Assembly: GCA_965662175.1 (NCBI GenBank)
Contig: CBFIGT010000053.1
Coordinates: 1 to 15,723, forward strand
Direction: 5' to 3'
DNA: 15,723 nucleotides
DNA from: Arcobacter sp.
Lineage (GTDB): Bacteria; Campylobacterota; Campylobacteria; Campylobacterales; Arcobacteraceae
Shown: in pieces, positions 8,850-15,723 of the stretch
Layout of the letters: every line of letters begins with the position of its first letter
Position numbering within the stretch: the first letter of the stretch is position 1
Made by a program: the position numbers and the translations under genes
The notes under the pieces: model-generated
The model's input: only the letters and a program-made list of their open reading frames with translations
Told to the model about the DNA's origin: nothing
Database searches by the model: none

Positions 8850-10745
8850 ATTAAACTCTTTTTTCATATTTTCAAGTAAAGCACGTATTGTTGCTTTTTC
8901 AGCTTTTGTTACAGCTTTTTCCTCCAATGTTGCAATACTTTCGTGAAATCTTTTCAAAAAATTAATTATATAAGCTCTTTTTCTATATGGATTATTTATA
9001 TGAGAGCCTGTTCTAATAAGCTCAATTACTAAATCTTTATACCCTAAAAATGCAGCATAATTTATTGGTAAAACACCAAATTTATCAGGCTCATTTAGAA
9101 GTTTTTTATTAAATGTATAAATCAATCTAAAGGTTTTAATTTTATTTTGCCACATACAGTTGTGAATCATATTTCTACCTCTATTATCAACAGCATTAAT
9201 ATCAGCACCACTATGTAAAATAATCTTTACTGTATTAATATCGCAATCTAAAATCGCCTTATGTAAAGTAATACCACCATAAGAATCTTTTGCATTAACA
9301 TTTGCCCCAAGTCCTATAATACTTTTTAGGTTTGTATAATAGTTTTTTTGGTCAATCTCTCTTCTAAATGTTTTATTTTCAGCCATATATTTATAAATGA
9401 TATTTAATCCATTTACATCTCTTTGATTAATATCAGCACCATATTTGATTAAAAGTTTTGTTAAATAGATATTACCATAAGAGATTGATTCAAAAATATA
9501 TGGTTCATTGTTTGAGTTATAATTTGCCAAATGAACCTCTGAATTTGCTAAAATTGCATCAAGAATAGCTAAATAATCATTTTTTTCATTTATAACTCTT
9601 CTTTGTGAACTCTTTAGTTTTTTATCACTTTTTTTAAATAGCTCAATATCAATTAGTTTTTCAATTATTGTTTGTTCATTTTCATCTTTAATATTTGGAC
9701 TTGCTCCATAATCTAATAATAAATAGAGTAAATCTAAGGCATCATTACCAATAATAGCAGCTTGAGATAGAGCTGTATCTTTTTTATTTGTTAAAATATT
9801 TGGGTCAACTTCATAATCTAGCAAAATTGATAATATATCTTTATTTAGATTTTTTACACAAAGTGTTAATATGTTATTATCATTTTTATTACAAACTTTT
9901 GTATCAATACCCTCTTCTAAAATAACAGGAATCAGATTAATAAGATTTTTAATATGTAAAAGATTATCTTCATTTTTATTTGTTGAAATTTCTATAATAT
10001 GTGTAATTAAAAATAATAGAATATTATTACCCTCATTATCTATGGTATTAATATCTACACCTTTTTTTAAAAGGAAGTTAAACTCTTCAAGTGCTGAAAA
10101 TCCATTTTTTACTAAATAAAAAAGGATATTTTTCCCACTATCATCTAAAATTGAAATATCATCAAAATATTTGATTATAAGTTGAAATATTTCAAAATCA
10201 TTATAAACTTTTTCAAAAAATAAAACATCTTTATCTATTAAAACATTTTTATTTTTTATCAAATCCTCAATTATTTCAATATTTTTAGAGCTTATGGCAT
10301 CTTTTATAAGTGAGTTTCCATTTGAATCAACATGATTAAAATCATTTGTATACTTACTTAGTAGTAAATAGTTTTCATATTTACCTGTTAATATAGCTTC
10401 TTGAATAGCTAATCTATTTTGTTCATTTACTATAGTAGGATTAGCATTTGCTTCTAATAGAGTTAATAAAGTATCTTTAAAATCATATTTTGCAGCAATA
10501 TGTAGGGGCGTATCTCCAGAAAAATTCTTTGCATTTAAATCAATACCATGACGAATAATTGATTTTACAGACTCAATATTATTTAAAGGTATGATTTTGT
10601 GTAAAAAATTCTCACCATTTGAAAATTTTAAGTTTATATCTATCCCTTCAAGTAAATCATTAATTTTTGATTCTTTAAAAGTTTTATCTTTTAAGGCTTT
10701 CAAAATATCTTCAGGACCAGTTTTTTTGAATAGATTACCAATCAT
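8835..10745 (-). CDS. Ankyrin repeat domain-containing protein
   Basis: Many ankyrin-type units: NGENFLHKII, SGDTPLHIAAKY...LLEANANPT, NGNSLIKDAI, EGNNILL, KDTALSQAA...LLDYGASPN, LIKYGADINQRD, GANVNAKDSYGGITLHKAI...LHSGADINAVDNRGRNMIH, FGVLPINYAAFLG. AAGG RBS upstream on the - strand. No signal peptide or catalytic domain recognised. Confidence 0.93.
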   Translation of the reverse strand: MIGNLFKKTGPEDILKALKDKTFKESKINDLLEGIDINLKFSNGENFLHKIIPLNNIESVKSIIRHGIDLNAKNFSGDTPLHIAAKYDFKDTLLTLLEANANPTIVNEQNRLAIQEAILTGKYENYLLLSKYTNDFNHVDSNGNSLIKDAISSKNIEIIEDLIKNKNVLIDKDVLFFEKVYNDFEIFQLIIKYFDDISILDDSGKNILFYLVKNGFSALEEFNFLLKKGVDINTIDNEGNNILLFLITHIIEISTNKNEDNLLHIKNLINLIPVILEEGIDTKVCNKNDNNILTLCVKNLNKDILSILLDYEVDPNILTNKKDTALSQAAIIGNDALDLLYLLLDYGASPNIKDENEQTIIEKLIDIELFKKSDKKLKSSQRRVINEKNDYLAILDAILANSEVHLANYNSNNEPYIFESISYGNIYLTKLLIKYGADINQRDVNGLNIIYKYMAENKTFRREIDQKNYYTNLKSIIGLGANVNAKDSYGGITLHKAILDCDINTVKIILHSGADINAVDNRGRNMIHNCMWQNKIKTFRLIYTFNKKLLNEPDKFGVLPINYAAFLGYKDLVIELIRTGSHINNPYRKRAYIINFLKRFHESIATLEEKAVTKAEKATIRALLENMKKEFNIGTI

Positions 10746-10956
10746 TTTATAACCTTTTTTATTTCTATGGTAATATTATCTTTTTTAAGATAAAAGCTTA
10801 ATATTATTTATAAAATAATTTTATTGATTTCATCTTATACTAATAATAATCAATATATGAAGAGAAGTTTTTAAATAAAATAATAAATAATAATTATGGT
10901 TAATTTAAGAATATCAAGAGTAAAATAGATTAGCAAAATATAGGTTGGGGAAAAGT

Positions 10957-13902
10957 ATGAAAAATTTATCAATAAAGGCGAAGTTGCAAATTGCAGCTTT
11001 TCTGTCTATTATCATGGTTTCATTATTGATTGCTGCAAGTTCAATTTACTCTGTAAACGAGCTTTCAAGTAATACAATAAAAGAGTTTTCAGATAATGCT
11101 TACAAAAAAAAGCAGGATGAACTTAAGAATTATGTCTCTTTGGCAGTTAAAACAGTTGAAACTTATTATGATAGAACTTCATCTGATAGAGTTAAAGTTG
11201 AAGTTAAAGATGAGCTTAAAAAACAAACTGGTTTTTTGATGTCTATTATAGAGGGTGAATATAACAACTATAAAGATAGTGTAGCACCTGATGTACTAAA
11301 AGAGAGAATTAGGCAAATAATCAAAAGTACTAGATATGGTGAAACTGGTTATTTTTGGGTAAATGATACTGATGCTGTAATTGTAATGCATCCTATTAAA
11401 CCTCAATTAGATGGTAAAAATCTTTATGATTATAAAGATAAAGGTGGTAAACAAATCTTTAAAGAGTTTGCAGATGTTGCAAAAAGTTATAAAGAGGGAT
11501 TTGTTGATTATGTATGGCCAAAGCCAGGTTTTGAACAACCTCAAGCAAAAGTTTCATATGTAAAACTGTTTGAGCCTTATAATTGGGTTATTGGAACAGG
11601 TGAGTATGTTGATAATGTAACTGAGAAGATGAAAGCTGAAGCCTTAAAAGCAGTTTCTGAGATGAGATATGGACTTACAGGTTATTATTGGATTAACAAC
11701 TCAGAACCAAAAATGATTATGCATCCTATAAAACCACAACTTGATGGTAAAGATTTATCAAAAGTTAAAGACCCAAGTGGAAAATTCTTATTTAATGAGA
11801 TGGTTGATGTTACTAAAAAAAGCCAAGGTGGATTTGTTAAATATATGTGGGCAAAACCAGGTAAAGATACTCCTCAGCCAAAACTTTCATATGTTCAAGT
11901 ATTTCCTGAGTGGGATTGGATAGTTGGAACAGGTGAATATGTTGATAATATAGAAGAAGAGATTATTGAAATGCAAAAGGCTTCTAAAGAGGAGATTAAT
12001 AGCATTATAATGATGATTGTAATAGTTACGATAATTGTGATGCTTCTTACTTATTTATTGAGTAATTTCTTATTTAGTAAAGCTATTATCTCTCCATTAA
12101 CAGACTTAAAAGAGGCAATAAATGAGTTAGTTGATAGCAAAGATAATAAAAGAAGAACAATAAATAAGCACTCAAATGATGAGGTTGGTGATGTTGTTGA
12201 TAGCTTTAATGCTTATATTTTAAAACTTGATAAGATAGCAAAACAAGATGAACTTGTAATTGCAGAGGTTGAAGATGTTATTCAAAAAGTAAATAATGGT
12301 TTTTATGTTTATAAAGTACATTCAAACTCAGAAAATATGCTTGTTGATAAATTGAAAAACTCTATTAACTCTATGATTGACCAAACAAATGTTAGATTAA
12401 AACAAATCAATGACACACTTTTAGAGTATGGAAATTCTGACTTTTCAAATAAAAATATCCAAGATGAGAAAAATTTTGCAAATGGAATTGTTGGTTCAAT
12501 TGTAAATAGTACTTATTTATTAGGTTCTTTAGTATCAGAGCTTATTTCTATGATTATGAATAGTGGGAAAAAACTTAATGAAGATACAAATGTATTATCA
12601 ACTGAGGTTGATAAACTAGCAAAATCAGCAAATGAACAAGCAGCTTCGTTAGAAGAAACGGCAGCCGCTGTTGAAGAGATTACCTCAATAATTAGAGCAA
12701 ATGTTGATAAAATTGGAAGAATGTCTGTTTTAGCAAATGATTTAAATAATTCAGCAAGTAGTGGGCAAGAGTTAGCAAATAAAACAACAAGAGCTATGGA
12801 AGATATTGATAATCAAGTTAACTCAATAAATGATGCAATTACTGTAATTGACCAAATAGCATTCCAAACAAATATTTTATCACTAAATGCAGCTGTTGAA
12901 GCAGCAACTGCAGGTGAGGCTGGAAAAGGTTTTGCTGTTGTTGCCCAAGAGGTAAGAAACCTAGCTTCAAGAAGTGCTGAGGCTGCTAAAGAGATAAAAG
13001 GAATTGTTGAAGCTGCAACGGCAAAAGCCAATGAGGGGAAAGCAATTGCAACTGATATGAGTAATGGATATAGTGCTTTAAATACAAAAGTTAGTGAAAC
13101 TATTAGTTTAATTAATGATGTTTCTGATGGTTCAAAAGAGCAAGAGAGTGGAATTATTCAGATTAATGATGCGGTTAATGCACTTGATAGAGCTACTCAA
13201 ATCAATGCCTCTTCAGCTAGTGAAATTAACTCATTATCTGATGAAGTTTTACATCTTTCTAAAACATTACTTTCTATTGCCGATAGAACAAAATATGATA
13301 AATCAAAAGAGAATCAAATTTGTGATATCAATTTAGTATATAAAATCTCTAAATTGAAAAATGACCATATATTATTTAAAAATAAAAACTTCTCAGAAGT
13401 TGGAAATATTAATGCTACAACATGGCAAGTTACAAAAGAAACAGAGTGTGATTTAGGTAAATGGATACTAGAGCAAGAGAAAAATGCTTCAGCATTTACA
13501 AGAACATCAAACTGGACAGAGTTGAAAAATCACCATGCAAGAGTACATGGAGAGGTACAAGAGTATATTAATTTAAATGCAAATAAAGCTTCTAATAACG
13601 ACTTAATTAGTGTTTCTAAAAATATAGAATTATCAACTAAAAGTGTATTTAAATGTCTTGATATAGTAAAAGTTGATTATTGTAAATCAGCACCTAAATC
13701 TAATGCAGTGCCAAAAGTTGAAAAAGTTTTAGCAAGTCATACAACAGCTAAAAAAGAGGAAGTAAAGCTTTCAAAACCATCTTTAGCACCTAAAAAAGAG
13801 CCATATAAACCTAAAACAGATAGTGTTATAAGTAGTAAGGCTTCTAAAACAAATGTTATTACAGCTAATAATAACGATGATGATGAATGGGAAAGCTTCT
13901 AA
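10957..13902 (+). CDS. Methyl-accepting chemotaxis protein: TM1 - tandem Cache_2-type sensor - TM2 - HAMP - MCP signalling domain - CZB domain - pentapeptide tail
   Basis: Two TM helices; two YxWxN...[11 protein letters not shown]...YxWxKPG...[11 protein letters not shown] Cache units; HAMP ([12 protein letters not shown]...[13 protein letters not shown]); signalling core [43 protein letters not shown] motif DH...CDLGKW...HARVH; ends in EWESF. Start placed at ATG 10957 (GGGGA at 10947-10951, 5-nt spacer) rather than TTG 10945. Confidence 0.95.
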   Translation: MKNLSIKAKLQIAAFLSIIMVSLLIAASSIYSVNELSSNTIKEFSDNAYKKKQDELKNYVSLAVKTVETYYDRTSSDRVKVEVKDELKKQTGFLMSIIEGEYNNYKDSVAPDVLKERIRQIIKSTRYGETGYFWVNDTDAVIVMHPIKPQLDGKNLYDYKDKGGKQIFKEFADVAKSYKEGFVDYVWPKPGFEQPQAKVSYVKLFEPYNWVIGTGEYVDNVTEKMKAEALKAVSEMRYGLTGYYWINNSEPKMIMHPIKPQLDGKDLSKVKDPSGKFLFNEMVDVTKKSQGGFVKYMWAKPGKDTPQPKLSYVQVFPEWDWIVGTGEYVDNIEEEIIEMQKASKEEINSIIMMIVIVTIIVMLLTYLLSNFLFSKAIISPLTDLKEAINELVDSKDNKRRTINKHSNDEVGDVVDSFNAYILKLDKIAKQDELVIAEVEDVIQKVNNGFYVYKVHSNSENMLVDKLKNSINSMIDQTNVRLKQINDTLLEYGNSDFSNKNIQDEKNFANGIVGSIVNSTYLLGSLVSELISMIMNSGKKLNEDTNVLSTEVDKLAKSANEQAASLEETAAAVEEITSIIRANVDKIGRMSVLANDLNNSASSGQELANKTTRAMEDIDNQVNSINDAITVIDQIAFQTNILSLNAAVEAATAGEAGKGFAVVAQEVRNLASRSAEAAKEIKGIVEAATAKANEGKAIATDMSNGYSALNTKVSETISLINDVSDGSKEQESGIIQINDAVNALDRATQINASSASEINSLSDEVLHLSKTLLSIADRTKYDKSKENQICDINLVYKISKLKNDHILFKNKNFSEVGNINATTWQVTKETECDLGKWILEQEKNASAFTRTSNWTELKNHHARVHGEVQEYINLNANKASNNDLISVSKNIELSTKSVFKCLDIVKVDYCKSAPKSNAVPKVEKVLASHTTAKKEEVKLSKPSLAPKKEPYKPKTDSVISSKASKTNVITANNNDDDEWESF
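11332..11949 (+). repeat. Intragenic duplication encoding two Cache_2-type sensor units (11332-11616 and 11665-11949, offset 333 bp)
   Basis: [11 protein letters not shown]...[11 protein letters not shown]...GTGEYVDN versus [11 protein letters not shown]...[11 protein letters not shown]...GTGEYVDN. The units align without gaps over 95 codons, and DNA similarity is visible (atgcatcctattaaacctcaattagatggtaaa versus atgcatcctataaaaccacaacttgatggtaaa). Confidence 0.9.
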
Positions 13903-13914
13903 AGCTTTCCTTTT
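13890..13914 (+). terminator. Putative intrinsic terminator overlapping the MCP stop codon
   Basis: GGAAAGCTT (13890-13898) CTA AAGCTTTCC (13902-13910) followed by TTTT (13911-13914). Confidence 0.65.
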
Positions 13915-13966
13915 CATATAAAAAAATAGTTACTTTTATATCAAATCTTTATAATACTTTTATTTA

Positions 13967-13974
13967 GATATAAT
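13967..13974 (+). promoter_or_regulatory. Putative sigma70 -10 element for the U32 gene
   Basis: gaTATAAT at 13967-13974 with upstream T-tracts, in the same GATATAATCC 10-mer found at 6417-6426. AAGGA RBS at 14008-14012 before ATG 14019. Confidence 0.55.
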
Positions 13975-14018
13975 CCCCAAAAATTGAAAAAAATAGTGTT
14001 TATAGATAAGGAAAATTA

Positions 14019-15296
14019 ATGAATAAAGTTGAGTTATTAAGTCCTGCTGGGAATTTAGAAAAATTAAAAATCGCATTTGCTTATGGTGCTGATGCTGTTT
14101 ATGGTGGGGTTAGTCACTTTAGTTTAAGAATAAGAAGTGGAAAAGAGTTTACCTTCGAATCATTTAAAGAGGGTATTGATTATGCTCACTCAATGGGAAA
14201 AAAAGTATATGCAACAATAAATGGTTTTCCATTTAACTCTCAAATCGAACTTCTTAAAAAACATATAGTTGATATGGCAGCACTTGAACCTGATGCCTTA
14301 ATTGTTGCAGCTCCTGGGGTTGTAAGATTATGTAGAGAATTAGCTCCTCAAATACCTATTCATCTTTCAACTCAAGCAAATGTTATGAACTATTTAGATG
14401 CTCAAGTTTATTATGATATGGGTGTTAGAAGAATAATAGCAGCTAGAGAAATATCACTAAAAGATGTAATGGAAATAAAAAAACATCTGCCTGAAATGGA
14501 GATAGAGATTTTTGTACATGGTTCTATGTGTTTTGCTTATAGTGGAAGATGTTTAGTTAGTGCTGTTCAAATGGGAAGAGTTCCAAATAGAGGTTCTTGT
14601 GCAAATGATTGTAGATTTGAGTATACTTTATATGCTGCAAATGAAGACCATGGAACTATGTTTAGACTTGAAGAAGAACCAGGTGTTGGAACTTATATTT
14701 TTAATGCAAAAGATATGAACTTAGCAAGCCATGTTGATGAGATTTTAAAAAGTGGTGCTGTTGATTCTATAAAAATAGAGGGAAGAACAAAATCACCATA
14801 TTATGCAGCAGTTACAGCTTATACATATAGAATGGCAATAGATGATTATTATACAAATAATTTTGAAGCACAAAAATATCAAACAGAGTTGGCAACTACA
14901 AAAAATAGAGGTTTTACTGATGCATATTTAATTCATAGACCTTTTGAGAGAGCTGATTCTCAAAACCATGATTATGCACTTAGTAAAGGTACATTTGAAG
15001 TTAGTGGTTTGGTTACAGAAGATGGGGAACATTTTATGTGTAAATATAAAACTTACCCAAATGAAGAGATAGAAATTTTTGCACCATTAAACACTACTAT
15101 TGAAGAGATTGATAATGAAATTGGAAAAATCTATTTCAAAGATGGAAAATATTTTATTAGTTTTAAAAAGATTTTAACAGAAACTAATAAAGAGTTAGAA
15201 TCAGTTCATAGTGGTAATACTAATAAAATAAAACTACCAGGTAAACTTCCATATCTAACAATGTTTAGAGTGGAAAATGATATGATTATTGAGTAA
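14019..15296 (+). CDS. Peptidase U32 family protein, probably TrhP/YegQ-like Fe-S tRNA hydroxylation protein
   Basis: ELLSPAGNLEKLKIAFAYGADAVYGG, IHLSTQANV, EIFVHGSMCFAYSGRC...NRGSCANDCR (C-x6-C-x15-C-x3-C Fe-S motif), DSIKIEGRTKS, NRGFT. Confidence 0.92.
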   Translation: MNKVELLSPAGNLEKLKIAFAYGADAVYGGVSHFSLRIRSGKEFTFESFKEGIDYAHSMGKKVYATINGFPFNSQIELLKKHIVDMAALEPDALIVAAPGVVRLCRELAPQIPIHLSTQANVMNYLDAQVYYDMGVRRIIAAREISLKDVMEIKKHLPEMEIEIFVHGSMCFAYSGRCLVSAVQMGRVPNRGSCANDCRFEYTLYAANEDHGTMFRLEEEPGVGTYIFNAKDMNLASHVDEILKSGAVDSIKIEGRTKSPYYAAVTAYTYRMAIDDYYTNNFEAQKYQTELATTKNRGFTDAYLIHRPFERADSQNHDYALSKGTFEVSGLVTEDGEHFMCKYKTYPNEEIEIFAPLNTTIEEIDNEIGKIYFKDGKYFISFKKILTETNKELESVHSGNTNKIKLPGKLPYLTMFRVENDMIIE

Positions 15297-15324
15297 GCTT
15301 TTTTGGCTTACTTAATTCAATAAT
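15285..15324. terminator. Hairpin at the convergent U32/histidine kinase junction; possible terminator
   Basis: Core AGTAAGC (15292-15298) / GCTTACT (15306-15312), extendable with G-U pairs to 15288-15316. Outer ATTATTGA (15285-15292) / TCAATAAT (15317-15324) is also complementary. Confidence 0.4.
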
Positions 15325-15723
15325 AAAATAGTTTTTATTATCTTTAAATTTATAGTTTAAACTATATCCATGAAGTTCTAATGTTGTTTTAACAATATAA
15401 AGACCTAAACCAAAGCCATCTTTTCTTTTTTCTTCTTGGGAAAATGGCTCTGTATAATAGCTTAAATCATATTTGAGTTTTTGACCATTTGATATTATTT
15501 CTATATGTTTTTTATTCGCAATTAACATTGCATGCTTATCTGGAGAAAATTTAATAGCATTGTCGATTAAGTTTTTAAGAATAATTGCAAATAAACCTTT
15601 ATCAACATTAAGATGAAAATCATTAATTTTAGTACTAATAGAAGATGACTCTATCATCATAATATTCATGGTATGGGAAAATATTTTTAAAAAAGTTGTA
15701 TCTTCTTTATAGATTACAGGCAT
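15286..15723 (-). CDS. Two-component sensor histidine kinase, C-terminal HATPase_c portion; 5' end lies beyond the window
   Basis: N-box ILKNLIDNAIKFS, F-box YYTEPF, G2 box DGFGLGLYIVK, degenerate G1 (ISNGQKL) as in Campylobacterota ArsS/RacS-like kinases. No H-box in view and the ORF runs to the window edge, so the Met at 15723 is probably internal. Confidence 0.9.
   Translation of the reverse strand: MPVIYKEDTTFLKIFSHTMNIMMIESSSISTKINDFHLNVDKGLFAIILKNLIDNAIKFSPDKHAMLIANKKHIEIISNGQKLKYDLSYYTEPFSQEEKRKDGFGLGLYIVKTTLELHGYSLNYKFKDNKNYFIIELSKPKKLTQ

Noticed and set aside
9871..10119. 82-aa plus-strand hydrophobic ORF
   Set aside because: Antisense to the ankyrin gene; hydrophobicity reflects the T-rich complement of an A-rich coding strand.
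10945..10956. TTG start given by the ORF track for the MCP
   Set aside because: ATG at 10957 has a well-spaced GGGGA RBS and gives a typical [11 protein letters not shown]-terminus; TTG at 10945 has no well-spaced RBS.
11741..11923. 60-aa alternative-frame ORF within the MCP
   Set aside because: Out-of-frame overlap with a conserved Cache unit; no independent evidence.
12813..13031. 72-aa minus-strand Ala-rich ORF
   Set aside because: Antisense of the conserved MCP signalling hairpin, a common shadow ORF.
13115..13336. 73-aa alternative-frame ORF within the MCP
   Set aside because: The main frame is intact through this region; no sign of a frameshift or separate gene.
1..15723. CRISPR arrays, tRNA/rRNA, IS elements, phase-variable poly-G/C tracts, defence systems
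   Set aside because: Intergenic gaps are all short (about 210 bp or less) with no repeat-spacer pattern or structured RNA signature; the longest G run noticed is 5; RecN is the housekeeping nadK-linked SMC-like protein, not a defence ATPase.

Overview
A very AT-rich, gene-dense bacterial chromosomal window. Gene content, promoter style and a terminator (not tuf) after fusA point to Campylobacterota, most likely Arcobacteraceae; this is an inference, not a database result. On the + strand: the 3' end of fusA with a strong intrinsic terminator; a three-gene LapEBC/HlyBD-TolC-type type I secretion operon whose TolC carries a long charged linker and a C-terminal DamX-like SPOR domain; nadK-recN, with nadK apparently leaderless; a large chemoreceptor (tandem Cache sensor, HAMP, signalling domain, CZB zinc-binding domain, EWESF pentapeptide); and a U32-family Fe-S protein (TrhP-like). 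On the - strand: a 636-aa ankyrin-repeat protein convergent on recN, and the 3' end of a sensor histidine kinase. No RNA genes, mobile elements or CRISPR arrays were seen. The most interesting signals are the TolC-SPOR fusion in a T1SS with no adjacent cargo, the leaderless nadK-recN promoter, the multi-input chemoreceptor, and hairpins built into stop codons, including a palindromic recN/ankyrin overlap that gives both proteins near-identical C-termini.
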